DNA of 55,904 nucleotides from assembly GCA_964590945.1 (NCBI GenBank), contig CAZPXF010000001.1, forward strand, positions 1-55,904. Reading direction: 5' to 3'. Made by a program: the position numbers and the translations under genes. The notes under the pieces are model-generated. The model ran no database searches. It saw only the letters and a program-made list of their open reading frames with translations, and had not been told where the DNA came from. Positions 1-10,035 of this stretch are shown here, one piece after another (position 1 is the first letter of the stretch; each line of letters starts with the position of its first letter). The DNA comes from an uncultured Lachnospiraceae bacterium (GTDB lineage Bacteria > Bacillota > Clostridia > Lachnospirales > Lachnospiraceae).

Positions 1-98
1 GACTTTCAGCGGCTGGCATTCTGCTGTATCATTTTTTAAACTGCAGGATTTACGGGGAGGGGGAAGGGTAGATCAGGGTAGATCGGACGAACTAATTA

Positions 99-127
99 TT
101 GAAAACAAATTCATAATTTGCTATCAT
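99..127 (+). promoter_or_regulatory. putative sigma-A promoter for mutS
   Basis: TTGAAA (99-104), 17-nt spacer, TATCAT (122-127), about 55 nt upstream of the mutS ATG. Confidence 0.5.
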
Positions 128-183
128 AGGAACGGATATGGATTACCTTTTCCTGAAAAATGGATGCAATAAGGAGAGATATT

Positions 184-2832
184 ATGGCATTGACACCAAT
201 GATGAAGCAGTATATAAAGACGAAGGAAGAATATAAGGACTGTATCCTCTTCTACAGACTTGGAGATTTTTACGAAATGTTTTTCGATGACGCGGTTACG
301 GCGTCAAAAGAGCTGGAGATTACACTGACAGGGAAGGACTGCGGACTTGAAGAGCGCGCTCCGATGTGCGGCATTCCTTATCATGCTGTAGATAGCTATT
401 TGAATAAACTCGTTTCGCGCGGATACAAGGTGGCAATCTGTGAGCAGCTTGAGGATCCAAAGCAGGCAAAGGGAATCGTTAAGCGTGATGTGGTCCGGAT
501 CGTCACGCCGGGCACGAACCTGAGCATGTCCGCGCTGGATGAGACGAAGAACAATTATATCATGGGTGTTGCATATCTTGCCGATACCTTCGGCATCGCC
601 GCGGCTGACATCTCTACCGGGGATTTTCTTGTGACAGAGGTAGATTCCTGCCGGAAGCTGATGGATGAGATCATCAAATTTATGCCTGCGGAGATTGTCT
701 GCAACGAAGCGTTTTATTATATGAGCGGCGTGGATCTGGAGGATCTCCGGGATCGCCTTGGCATTTCCATTTCTTCGCTGGACAGCTGGTATTTTGACGA
801 TGAACTCTGCGTGAAAGCGATCAAAGCGCAGTTCCAGGTCGATTCCCTTGAGGGACTTGGACTTCAGGATTTCCCAAACGGCACAATCAGTACCGGGGCG
901 CTTTTACAGTACCTTCACGAGACGCAGAAGAGCGGGCTTTCCCAGCTTACGAATATTACATGTTATACAACCGGCAAATACATGCTTCTTGACAGCTCCA
1001 CAAGGCGGAATCTGGAGCTGACCGAGACGCTCCGCGAAAAGAATAAAAGGGGTTCTCTTTTGTGGGTGCTGGATAAGACCAAAACTGCGATGGGCGCCCG
1101 TATGCTCAGAAGCTACGTGGAGCAGCCTTTGATACAGAAGCAGGACATTGAGGAGAGGCTGGAAGCCGTTGATCTTTTAAAGAAGGAAGCGATCAGCCGG
1201 GAGGAGCTTCGGGAATATCTGACGCCGATCTATGATCTGGAACGCCTGATCAGCCGCATCACCTTCCAGTCAGCAAATCCGCGGGATCTGATTGCTTTTA
1301 AGCAGTCCCTTGAGATGCTTCCGCATATCCGGTATATTCTGGAAGGTCTGGACTGCCAGCTGCTGGATAAGATCAAGGCGGATCTGGATACAATGGAAGA
1401 TCTCTTCAAGCTGATCGATGAATCGATCCTCAACGAGCCTCCGCTTGCCATGAAAGAGGGAGGCATCATCAAGGATGGTTACAACGAAGAGGTCGATCGC
1501 CTGAGAACGGCGAAGACAGAAGGAAAGACGTGGCTGGCCAGGCTTGAGGCGGAGGAGCGGGAAAAGACCGGGATCAAGAACCTGAAGGTGAAGTTCAACA
1601 AGGTTTTCGGCTATTATATTGAAGTCACGAACTCCTACAGGAATCTTGTGCCGGAATACTATTTCCGCAAACAGACTCTTGCCAATGCAGAGCGCTACAG
1701 CATTCCAAAGCTCAAGGAGCTTGAGGACACGATCCTGGGCGCAGAGGAGAAACTGAACGGTCTGGAATATGAACTGTATTCCGGGGTGCGCGGCAGGATC
1801 GCCGACGAGGTCGCAAGAGTGCAGAAGACGGCAAAGGCGGTTGCAGGGCTGGACGCTCTCTGCTCCCTTGCGTTTGTCGCAGAGCGGAATCATTATGTAC
1901 GCCCGAAGATCAATGAAAAGGGATTGATCGATATTAAGAACGGACGGCATCCGGTCGTGGAAAAGATGATCCCGAACGAAATGTTCATTCCAAACGATAC
2001 ATATCTGGACGAGAAAAAGAACCGCATTTCCATCATCACCGGTCCGAACATGGCGGGAAAATCTACGTATATGCGTCAGACGGCGCTGATCGTACTGATG
2101 GCGCAGATGGGCTCCTTTGTTCCGGCGGACAGTGCAAAGATCGGGATCACCGACCGTATCTTTACCCGTGTCGGCGCTTCGGATGATCTGGCGTCCGGCC
2201 AGAGCACGTTCATGGTGGAGATGACGGAGGTTGCCAATATCCTTCGCAATGCGACGAAGAACAGCCTTCTCATTCTGGACGAGATCGGGCGCGGAACAAG
2301 TACCTTTGACGGGCTCAGTATCGCATGGGCTGTTGTGGAATATATCAGTAACAAACGTCTGCTTGGCGCTAAAACGCTGTTTGCCACCCATTACCATGAG
2401 CTGACAGAGCTGGAAGGGAAGATCGACAGCGTCAATAATTACTGCATTGCTGTAAAGGAAAAGGGGGATGACATTGTTTTCCTGCGTAAGATCGTCAAGG
2501 GCGGTGCAGATAAAAGCTACGGCGTACAGGTTGCCAGACTTGCCGGTGTACCGGATATTGTGATCGGACGCGCAAAGGAGATTGCCTCCGAGCTGAGCGA
2601 CGCCGATATTACAGCGAAGGTACAGAGCCTTTCCGTAACTGAGCCGGAACCGAAACGCAGAAAAACGAAAAAATACGACGAGGTTGATCTGGCGCAGATG
2701 TCGCTTTTTGACACGGTGAAGGACGACGACGTGCTGGAAGAACTGAAGAACCTCGACGTGACGCATATGACGCCGATGGACGCCATGAATACGCTGTACC
2801 GTTTGCAGAGCAAGCTGAAAAACAGGTGGTAG
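184..2832 (+). CDS. mutS: DNA mismatch repair protein MutS
   Basis: ORF 160-2832. ATG at 184 follows AAGGAGAG. N-terminus MALTPMMKQY..FYRLGDFYE, Walker A GPNMAGKST, STFMVEM, DEIGRGTST. Confidence 0.97.
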   Translation: MALTPMMKQYIKTKEEYKDCILFYRLGDFYEMFFDDAVTASKELEITLTGKDCGLEERAPMCGIPYHAVDSYLNKLVSRGYKVAICEQLEDPKQAKGIVKRDVVRIVTPGTNLSMSALDETKNNYIMGVAYLADTFGIAAADISTGDFLVTEVDSCRKLMDEIIKFMPAEIVCNEAFYYMSGVDLEDLRDRLGISISSLDSWYFDDELCVKAIKAQFQVDSLEGLGLQDFPNGTISTGALLQYLHETQKSGLSQLTNITCYTTGKYMLLDSSTRRNLELTETLREKNKRGSLLWVLDKTKTAMGARMLRSYVEQPLIQKQDIEERLEAVDLLKKEAISREELREYLTPIYDLERLISRITFQSANPRDLIAFKQSLEMLPHIRYILEGLDCQLLDKIKADLDTMEDLFKLIDESILNEPPLAMKEGGIIKDGYNEEVDRLRTAKTEGKTWLARLEAEEREKTGIKNLKVKFNKVFGYYIEVTNSYRNLVPEYYFRKQTLANAERYSIPKLKELEDTILGAEEKLNGLEYELYSGVRGRIADEVARVQKTAKAVAGLDALCSLAFVAERNHYVRPKINEKGLIDIKNGRHPVVEKMIPNEMFIPNDTYLDEKKNRISIITGPNMAGKSTYMRQTALIVLMAQMGSFVPADSAKIGITDRIFTRVGASDDLASGQSTFMVEMTEVANILRNATKNSLLILDEIGRGTSTFDGLSIAWAVVEYISNKRLLGAKTLFATHYHELTELEGKIDSVNNYCIAVKEKGDDIVFLRKIVKGGADKSYGVQVARLAGVPDIVIGRAKEIASELSDADITAKVQSLSVTEPEPKRRKTKKYDEVDLAQMSLFDTVKDDDVLEELKNLDVTHMTPMDAMNTLYRLQSKLKNRW

Positions 2833-2873
2833 ATAGCCAAGCTGGCAGGAGATACCAACGAAGGAGGAAGAGG

Positions 2874-4772
2874 ATGCAGAATATACAGGTCCTTGATCAG
2901 ATTACGATCGATAAGATAGCGGCAGGAGAAGTGATTGAACGCCCGTCCTCTATTGTGAAAGAGCTGGTAGAAAATTCCATAGACGCGGGGGCGGATACTG
3001 TCACGGTTGAGATCTCTGACGGGGGGATCTCCTTTATCCGTGTGACGGACAACGGCTCCGGCATTCCGGCCGATCAGGTGCGGACTGCATTTCTGCGCCA
3101 TTCCACAAGTAAGATCCGTTCGGCTGAGGATATTCAGAATCTCGGAACCCTTGGATTCCGTGGGGAGGCTCTCTCGAGCATCGCTGCGGTGACGCAGCTT
3201 GAGCTTCTGACGAAGACCGCCGATGAAGCGGCCGGAATACGATATGAGATCGCGGGTGGAAAGGAAACTGTCTTCGAGGATGCGGCTTCCTCCGATGGGA
3301 CAACGTTTCTCATCCGCCAGTTGTTTTATAACACGCCTGCCAGAAGAAAATTTTTGAAGACCTCCATCACGGAGGCGAGTCATGTGCAGGAGCTGATGAT
3401 CCGACTTGCCATGTCTCACCCGGAAGTCTCCTTTCAGTTTATCAACCAGGGACAGGTGAAGATGCACACCTCCGGGAACGGGAGACTGAAGGATGTGATC
3501 TACCATATTTACGGGCGCGACGTCACGAAAGAGCTGATCCCGGTGGATGCCGTATCGGAAGACGGAAGCGTCCGCATGACCGGATTTGCTGCAAGGCCGA
3601 CCGTATCCCGGGGCAACCGCAATTTTGAAAACTACTATGTCAACGGGCGCTACATGAAAAATAAGATCATTGCAAAAGGGATAGAGGATGCGTTTCAGGG
3701 GTATACCATGCAGCATAAATACCCGTTTACCGTCCTGAATCTCCAGGTGGACGGAAGCAAGGTGGACGTCAATGTGCACCCGCAGAAGATGGAAGTCCGT
3801 TTCAGTAACCAGCAATATCTGTATGATTTTATTTTCCGTACCCTGCGCGCATGTCTTGCACATAAGGACCTGATTCCGGAAGCAGCGCCTCCGGCAGCTC
3901 CGCCCATGGAGACGGAGACAGCCGCTTCGGCAAAGCCGCCCGCTCCGGTGGACGGCGTCCGGGAGAAAGGAAAAGATTACTTCATGGAGGAAATGAAAAA
4001 GCGTGTGACTGCCTACCATGCGCAGAATTCCCATGCGGAGGTCTATGAAAAGGATGCAGTCGCCCATGCAGAAGCCTCCATGGAGCGTTTTAAGAAAAAT
4101 ATCCGGCAGCCGAAGGAGACTCCTTTGCAGCAGGAGCCTGCGGGAGAACAGATGAATCTCTTCCAGGAGAAGTTCATCTCCAGCGAAGCGCGGCAGCATT
4201 TTCATTTGATCGGGCAGCTTTTTGAGACGTACTGGCTTGTTGAATATGAGGATCAGCTCTATATCATCGACCAGCACGCGGCGCACGAAAAGGTACTGTA
4301 CGAGAAGAAGATGGCGGAGATGAAGGAACACTCGGTCAGCTCTCAGTATTTAAGTCCTCCGCTGGTCTTAAATCTTACGATGCAGGAAGCCGCGGTGATC
4401 CGGGAATATCAGGAATATTTCCAAAAGAACGGATTTGAGATCGAACCCTTTGGCAGCGATTCCTTTGCCGTACGGGCAGTTCCGTCCGACCTGTCGGACA
4501 TAGCGACGAAAGAACTCCTTACCGAGATACTGAACGACCTGACGGACGATGTGAAAAGCGCCCTCAAACCAGAGCTGATCCTGGATAAGATTGCAAGCCG
4601 TTCCTGCAAAGCCGCTGTAAAGGGAAATTCCAGATTATCCGAAAAGGAAGCAGAGCATCTGATCTCCGAGCTTCTGGAACTGGAAAATCCTTACCATTGT
4701 CCGCATGGACGTCCGACGATCATCCGTATGTCCAGGCGGGAGCTGGAAAAGAAATTTAAGCGGATCGTTTAA
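2874..4772 (+). CDS. mutL: DNA mismatch repair endonuclease MutL
   Basis: ORF 2826-4772. ATG 2874 follows GAAGGAGGAAGAGG. GHKL N-terminus IAAGEVIERPSSIVKELVENSIDAGA. C-terminal DQHAAHEKVLYE endonuclease motif. Confidence 0.96.
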   Translation: MQNIQVLDQITIDKIAAGEVIERPSSIVKELVENSIDAGADTVTVEISDGGISFIRVTDNGSGIPADQVRTAFLRHSTSKIRSAEDIQNLGTLGFRGEALSSIAAVTQLELLTKTADEAAGIRYEIAGGKETVFEDAASSDGTTFLIRQLFYNTPARRKFLKTSITEASHVQELMIRLAMSHPEVSFQFINQGQVKMHTSGNGRLKDVIYHIYGRDVTKELIPVDAVSEDGSVRMTGFAARPTVSRGNRNFENYYVNGRYMKNKIIAKGIEDAFQGYTMQHKYPFTVLNLQVDGSKVDVNVHPQKMEVRFSNQQYLYDFIFRTLRACLAHKDLIPEAAPPAAPPMETETAASAKPPAPVDGVREKGKDYFMEEMKKRVTAYHAQNSHAEVYEKDAVAHAEASMERFKKNIRQPKETPLQQEPAGEQMNLFQEKFISSEARQHFHLIGQLFETYWLVEYEDQLYIIDQHAAHEKVLYEKKMAEMKEHSVSSQYLSPPLVLNLTMQEAAVIREYQEYFQKNGFEIEPFGSDSFAVRAVPSDLSDIATKELLTEILNDLTDDVKSALKPELILDKIASRSCKAAVKGNSRLSEKEAEHLISELLELENPYHCPHGRPTIIRMSRRELEKKFKRIV

Positions 4773-4805
4773 AAATAATGATTATTCTATCGTCAGGTGT
4801 TGTAT

Positions 4806-5765
4806 ATGGATAAAAAACCATTGATTATTCTTGCCGGCCCTACGGCCTCCGGCAAAAGTGCATGTTCCATTCAGCTTGCCAAAGCTCTTGGCGGATCCGT
4901 CATATCGGCGGATTCGATGCAGGTATATAAATATATGGATATCGGATCTGCAAAGATTTCGCCCGAAGAAATGGAAGGGATTCCACATTATCTGGTGGAT
5001 GAGCTGGATCCATCGGAGGAATTTCATGTCGTAAGATTCCAGCAGATGGCAAAAGCGGCGCTTCGTGACATTTACAGTCAAAACCGGGTTCCGATTGTCG
5101 CGGGAGGAACCGGATTCTATATCCAGGCTCTGTACCGCGATATTGATTTTACGGAGAATCCGGAGGATGTGGAGTTCCGCAGGCAGATGGAGGCCATCGC
5201 CAAAGAGGCGGACGGGGCGCTGAGACTGCATACTATGCTGACGGACTGCGACCCAAAGTCCGCAGAGGCGATCCACCCCAATAATACAAAGCGCGTGATC
5301 CGCGCCCTGGAATTCTATCATCTGACAGGGGAAAAGATATCCGGACACAATGAGAAAGAAAAGAAACGCACATCCCCATACAACACCGTATTTTTCGTGC
5401 TGACGGACGACAGGGAGAAGCTCTATGAAAATATAAACCTGCGTGTGGACAGGATGCTGGAAGCCGGACTTGTGGATGAAGTAAAACGTTTGAAGAATAT
5501 GGGTTACAGGCGTGACATGGTGTCCATGCAGGGACTTGGATATAAAGAGATCCTCGATCATCTGGATGGAAAATGTACGCTGGAGGAAGCCGTTTACCTT
5601 ATCAAACGCGACACGAGGCATTTTGCGAAGCGTCAGCTCACATGGTTTCGCCGTGAACCGGATGTGATCTGGGTAGATAAGCATGATTTTGGATATGATA
5701 ATGAGAAAATACTGGCGTTTATGCTGGATCAGATAAAGGAGAAAACAGGGATAGATGGACAATAA
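4806..5765 (+). CDS. miaA: tRNA dimethylallyltransferase MiaA
   Basis: ORF 4797-5765, ATG at 4806. P-loop GPTASGKS, DSMQVYKYMDIGSAK, RHFAKRQLTWFR. Confidence 0.93.
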   Translation: MDKKPLIILAGPTASGKSACSIQLAKALGGSVISADSMQVYKYMDIGSAKISPEEMEGIPHYLVDELDPSEEFHVVRFQQMAKAALRDIYSQNRVPIVAGGTGFYIQALYRDIDFTENPEDVEFRRQMEAIAKEADGALRLHTMLTDCDPKSAEAIHPNNTKRVIRALEFYHLTGEKISGHNEKEKKRTSPYNTVFFVLTDDREKLYENINLRVDRMLEAGLVDEVKRLKNMGYRRDMVSMQGLGYKEILDHLDGKCTLEEAVYLIKRDTRHFAKRQLTWFRREPDVIWVDKHDFGYDNEKILAFMLDQIKEKTGIDGQ

Positions 5766-7038
5766 GGATATGTTCGGGAGTCTTGGGATTTCCGATAAGG
5801 TATATGCATTCGGAGAAGAGATTTTAAAGGATTTAAAGGATCGGTTCGAGGCCATCGATGAGACGGCGGAATATAATCAGCTGAAGGTCATCCGTGCGAT
5901 GCAGGAAAACCGTGTAAATGCAGATTGCTTTCACTTTGTCAGCGGCTATGGTTACGATGATCCTGGTAGAGATACATTGGAAAAAGTGTATGCGTCCTGC
6001 TTTGGGACAGAGGCGGCTCTTGTGCGTCCGCAGATCACGTGCGGGACACACGCCCTTGCATTGACGCTCAGCGCAATTCTGCGTCCGGGAGATGAGCTTT
6101 TATCTCCGGTCGGCAAGCCTTACGACACGCTGGAAGAGGTCATCGGCATCCGTAAGTCGCCGGGATCTCTGGCGGAATACGGCGTCACCTATCGTCAGGT
6201 GGAGCTTCTTCCCGGCGGCGTTTTTGATCATGAGGCGATCCGGGGGGCGTTAAATGAGAGGACGAAACTTGTGACGATCCAGCGCTCCAAAGGATATCAG
6301 ACAAGACCGAGCTTTTCTGTCTCCCGGATCGGGGAGCTGATTTCATTTATAAAAGGAATCCGGCCGGACGTCATCTGCATGGTCGATAATTGTTACGGCG
6401 AGTTTGTGGAGCGCATCGAACCGTCGCAGGTCGGCGCCGATCTGATCGTCGGATCGCTTATTAAGAATCCGGGGGGCGGGCTTGCGCCGATCGGCGGGTA
6501 TGTGGCAGGACGTGAGGATCTGATCGAACTGTGCGGCTACCGCCTGACTTCGCCGGGACTTGGCCGCGAGGTCGGCGCCTCCCTCGGACTTATGCAATCC
6601 TTCTATCAGGGGTTCTTTATGGCTCCGGTTGTAACCGCATCCGCATTAAAGGGCGCGATCTTTGCCGCCAATATTTACGAAAAACTTGGCTTCGATGTTA
6701 TTCCGGACGGAAAAGAGAGCCGCCACGACATCATTCAGGCGGTAAAGCTTGGAACACCGGAGGGAGTGATCGAATTCTGTCAGGGGATTCAGGCGGCGGC
6801 TCCTGTTGACAGCTATGTTGCGCCGGAGCCGTGGGCGATGCCGGGCTATGACAGCGATGTGATCATGGCTGCGGGTACGTTTGTACAGGGTTCTTCTATT
6901 GAGCTGAGTGCAGATGGACCGATGAAGGAACCGTACGCCGTCTATTTTCAGGGAGGGCTTACATGGCCGCATGCGAAGTTTGGAATTTTGATGTCTCTGG
7001 AAAAACTGGCGCGCGCAGGACTTGTGACGCTCCAGTAG
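5755..7038 (+). CDS. ynbB: YnbB-type PLP enzyme (methionine gamma-lyase family, annotated 'aluminium resistance protein')
   Basis: 427 aa. GSLIKNPGGGLAPIGGY PLP-lysine region. N-terminus typical of the YnbB family. Start could instead be ATG 5770. Confidence 0.8.
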   Translation: MDNKDMFGSLGISDKVYAFGEEILKDLKDRFEAIDETAEYNQLKVIRAMQENRVNADCFHFVSGYGYDDPGRDTLEKVYASCFGTEAALVRPQITCGTHALALTLSAILRPGDELLSPVGKPYDTLEEVIGIRKSPGSLAEYGVTYRQVELLPGGVFDHEAIRGALNERTKLVTIQRSKGYQTRPSFSVSRIGELISFIKGIRPDVICMVDNCYGEFVERIEPSQVGADLIVGSLIKNPGGGLAPIGGYVAGREDLIELCGYRLTSPGLGREVGASLGLMQSFYQGFFMAPVVTASALKGAIFAANIYEKLGFDVIPDGKESRHDIIQAVKLGTPEGVIEFCQGIQAAAPVDSYVAPEPWAMPGYDSDVIMAAGTFVQGSSIELSADGPMKEPYAVYFQGGLTWPHAKFGILMSLEKLARAGLVTLQ

Positions 7039-7110
7039 GGCAGATCCTGCCCGGCCGCAGGGTGAGATCTGATACTGTCGCAGCTCAAAAAAAGAAATGA
7101 GGATGGAAAC

Positions 7111-8352
7111 ATGCAGAAATTTCAGATTGCAGTGATCGGAGGAGGGGCGTCCGGAATGATGGCAGCGATCGCCGCAGCGCGAAACGGCGCTGAGGTTGTG
7201 ATCCTGGAAAAAAATAAAAAGCCTGGAAAAAAGCTGCTCTCCACCGGAAACGGCAGATGTAATTTTACAAATGAATATATGTCGGCCAAATGCTACCGCT
7301 CCGACCACCCGGAATACATTCCGACGGTGCTGGGGCATTTTACGGAGGAACAGACTGTTTCCTTTTTCCGTGAGATTGGCGTCCTTTCAAAATCCAGAGC
7401 GGGATATCTCTACCCGCAGCCGGATCAGGCGGCGGCGGTTCGTGACGCGCTTTTTATGGAGCTTCACCGGCTTCATGTCGGTATATCCTGCGGATGTACC
7501 GTCAATAAAATTCTTCGTCGTGACGGCGAATTTGAGATTCATACGGCGAAGAACGTTTCTTATGCTGAAAAGGTGATCTTATCCTCCGGAAGCCTTGCGG
7601 CGCCGCAGCTTGGGGCGTCCGGGGAGGGATATGAAATAGCCACCTCTTTCGGACACAGGCTGAGCCCGGTCGTCCCGGCGCTCGTGCAGCTCACTTCAAA
7701 GGAAGGGTATTTCCGGGAGCTTGCAGGCGTCCGTATCGATGCAAGGGCAACGGTTTTTGTAGATGGAGAGGAGCTCTGCAGCGATCAGGGAGAGGTGCAG
7801 CTCACGGCATACGGCATTTCCGGAATTCCGGTATTCCAGATCAGCCGCTACGCTTCGAAAGCGCTGAACGATGGAAAACGCGTGGAGGTCCGGCTGGATC
7901 TTTTGCCGGGGCGGGATATTTCCTGGATCGTGGAAGAGCTTTCCCGGCTCTGTGCATTTGACGGCAGACGAAGAGCAGTGCAGCTTCCTGGCGGCTTTTT
8001 TAACCAAAAGCTGATACCGGTTCTGCTTGCGCACGCCGGGATAAAGGCGGGAACCTTTGCTTCTGAACTCCGAAGGGCAGATCTGGAACGGCTTGCCGTT
8101 TGCATCAAGGCGTTCCGCGTTCCGGTTGATGGGACAAAGTCCATGGAGCAGGCGCAGATCTGCGCAGGGGGCGTGGATCTTTCCGGGATCGATCCCGACA
8201 CGATGGAGAGCCGGAAGCAGAAGGGACTCTATATAACCGGAGAACTTTTGGATGCGGACGGCATCTGCGGAGGGTATAATCTTCAGTGGGCATGGTCCAC
8301 GGGGTGGATCGCCGGGACACATGCGGCGGGATCAGGGAATTGTTATGCTTAG
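7111..8352 (+). CDS. HI0933/BaiN-family FAD-dependent oxidoreductase
   Basis: 413 aa. N-terminal dinucleotide fold IAVIGGGASGMMAAIAAA, GNGRCNFTN motif, C-terminal GELLDADGICGGYNLQWAWSTG typical of the HI0933 family. Confidence 0.85.
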   Translation: MQKFQIAVIGGGASGMMAAIAAARNGAEVVILEKNKKPGKKLLSTGNGRCNFTNEYMSAKCYRSDHPEYIPTVLGHFTEEQTVSFFREIGVLSKSRAGYLYPQPDQAAAVRDALFMELHRLHVGISCGCTVNKILRRDGEFEIHTAKNVSYAEKVILSSGSLAAPQLGASGEGYEIATSFGHRLSPVVPALVQLTSKEGYFRELAGVRIDARATVFVDGEELCSDQGEVQLTAYGISGIPVFQISRYASKALNDGKRVEVRLDLLPGRDISWIVEELSRLCAFDGRRRAVQLPGGFFNQKLIPVLLAHAGIKAGTFASELRRADLERLAVCIKAFRVPVDGTKSMEQAQICAGGVDLSGIDPDTMESRKQKGLYITGELLDADGICGGYNLQWAWSTGWIAGTHAAGSGNCYA

Positions 8353-9940
8353 GATCAATGAAGTGAAAGTGCCGGTCCGGCACACAGAAAAAGATATAGA
8401 AAACAGATTACTGAACATACTGCATATCCGGAGATCGGAGCTGGTATCCTGGCGGATTGCAAAGGAATCCATCGATGCAAGGAAGAAGCCGGAGCTTTTC
8501 TATGTGTACAGCATCGATGCAAAGGTTGCGGACGAGAAAGCGGTATTAAAGCGGAAGCTCCGTCAGGTTCAGAAGAGGAGCGTGAAGCAGTATGTCTTTC
8601 CCAAAAGCGGGGAAGAGAGGCTTGCTCACAGGCCGTATATTGTAGGAAGCGGCCCGGCCGGACTTTTCTGCGCGTATCTGCTTGCGGAGCACGGCTACCG
8701 CCCGGCGCTCATTGAGCGGGGCGCTCCGGTGGAGGAACGTATGCGGGATGTGGAACGGTTTTGGAAGGAAGGAATCCTGGATCCGGAATCGAATGTGCAG
8801 TTCGGAGAGGGCGGAGCCGGAACCTTTTCTGACGGAAAGCTCAACACTCTCGTAAAGGATGCGGACGGACGAAACCGCAAAGTTCTCGAAATATTTGTGC
8901 AAAACGGCGCGCCAAAGGAGATTTTATATCAGAACAGGCCGCATATTGGAACGGATCTTTTGACTGAGATTGTCCGCAGCATGCGTCTGCAGATCGAAGC
9001 ATGGGGCGGAGACGTCCGTTTCCACTCCAAATTTACCGGATTTAAGGCGGAGGAAGGAAAGCTCTGCAGCATCGAGATCAACCATTCCGAGGAAATTCCG
9101 GCCGATGTGCTTGTTTTCGCGCCTGGTCACAGTGCGAGGGACACCTTTGAGATGCTGGCCGAAAAAGGAATGAATCTTCAGCCAAAAGCATTTGCTGTTG
9201 GCGTAAGATGCGAGCATCCGCAAGAGATGATCGATCATGCCCAGTACGGGGATCGGCATCCGAAGCTTCCGGCTGCATCGTATAAGCTGACGGCGCGCAC
9301 GGATACGGGAAGGGGCGTCTACTCCTTCTGTATGTGCCCGGGCGGCTATGTCGTAAATGCGGCTTCAGAGCCGGGAATGACAGCCGTCAACGGTATGAGC
9401 TATCATGGCCGCAGCGGGAAACATGCCAACAGCGCGATCGTTGTGACGGTCGACCCAAAGGACTTTGGAACCGAAGGCGGAGTCCTTGCAGGGATGGAAT
9501 TTCAAAGAAGACTTGAGCGCGCGGCGTACAGGGCAGGGGACGGCAAAATACCGGTTCAGAGACTGGAGGATTTTAAGAAAAATCAGAGGACGACAGCTTT
9601 CGGAAGCATGGTTCCGGAAATGAAGGGAGCCTGTTCCCTTGCAAATCTTCGGGACGTCCTTCCGGAATATATCAGCGATTCGATCTGTCAGGGATTCGAT
9701 CTGTTTGACAGGAAAATCCCCGGCTTTGCAATGCCGGATGCACTTCTTTCGGGAGTAGAGAGCCGGACGTCGTCCCCGGTGAAAATTCCAAGAGACGAAT
9801 CCTTCCAGTCCATGGTCTCCGGGATCTATCCATGCGGAGAGGGCGCCGGATACGCCGGAGGGATTACCTCTGCTGCAATGGACGGAATTCGCATCGCGGA
9901 GGTGATTGCGGCCAGATTTTGTCCTGTTTCATCGAAATAG
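8345..9940 (+). CDS. COG2509-type FAD-dependent protein of unknown function
   Basis: ORF 8252-9940. ATG 8345 overlaps the upstream stop (ATGCTTAG). VGSGPAGLFCAY Rossmann motif, FCMCPGG, CGEGAGYAGGI. Confidence 0.8.
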   Translation: MLRINEVKVPVRHTEKDIENRLLNILHIRRSELVSWRIAKESIDARKKPELFYVYSIDAKVADEKAVLKRKLRQVQKRSVKQYVFPKSGEERLAHRPYIVGSGPAGLFCAYLLAEHGYRPALIERGAPVEERMRDVERFWKEGILDPESNVQFGEGGAGTFSDGKLNTLVKDADGRNRKVLEIFVQNGAPKEILYQNRPHIGTDLLTEIVRSMRLQIEAWGGDVRFHSKFTGFKAEEGKLCSIEINHSEEIPADVLVFAPGHSARDTFEMLAEKGMNLQPKAFAVGVRCEHPQEMIDHAQYGDRHPKLPAASYKLTARTDTGRGVYSFCMCPGGYVVNAASEPGMTAVNGMSYHGRSGKHANSAIVVTVDPKDFGTEGGVLAGMEFQRRLERAAYRAGDGKIPVQRLEDFKKNQRTTAFGSMVPEMKGACSLANLRDVLPEYISDSICQGFDLFDRKIPGFAMPDALLSGVESRTSSPVKIPRDESFQSMVSGIYPCGEGAGYAGGITSAAMDGIRIAEVIAARFCPVSSK

Positions 9941-10035
9941 ACCATTTCTTCACAAAAAATTAAGGATAATTGGTATATACACTATTTTCAAATTATGCTA
10001 AAATGAAATGAGTTTTGAAAAGTCCTTCGTTTATT

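Noticed and set aside
66-85. Tandem direct repeat GGGTAGATCA GGGTAGATCG upstream of the mutS promoter.
   Set aside because: It has only two 9-nt copies. A match of this size at a 10-nt offset is roughly expected by chance once in a window this long, and I have no supporting context.
160-183. N-terminal extensions offered by the ORF track. Examples: mutS 160, mutL 2826, the COG2509 protein 8252, rodA 17696, minD 16718, ylmE 22038, sepF 22678, the cmk-like gene 24893, the DUF378 gene up to 20704, deoC up to 43607, DUF2344 up to 37915, obg up to 33531.
   Set aside because: Internal starts are preceded by good Shine-Dalgarno sequences and give canonical family N-termini. The extensions overlap upstream genes or lack an RBS.
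1270-4331. Very long antisense ORFs opposite mutS (498 aa) and mutL (604 aa). Similar ones lie opposite miaA (4782-5855), mreB (10679-11671), mreC/mreD (12103-13224) and punA/udk (44069-44932).
   Set aside because: They sit in the codon-aligned antisense frame of well-supported genes. The sense genes avoid TTA, CTA and TCA codons, which removes antisense stops. The translations are low-complexity and R/L/S-rich, with no recognisable motifs or RBS.
5766-7038. Expected hfq downstream of miaA.
   Set aside because: No small Sm-like ORF is present. miaA is followed directly, with an 11-nt overlap, by the ynbB-type PLP enzyme.
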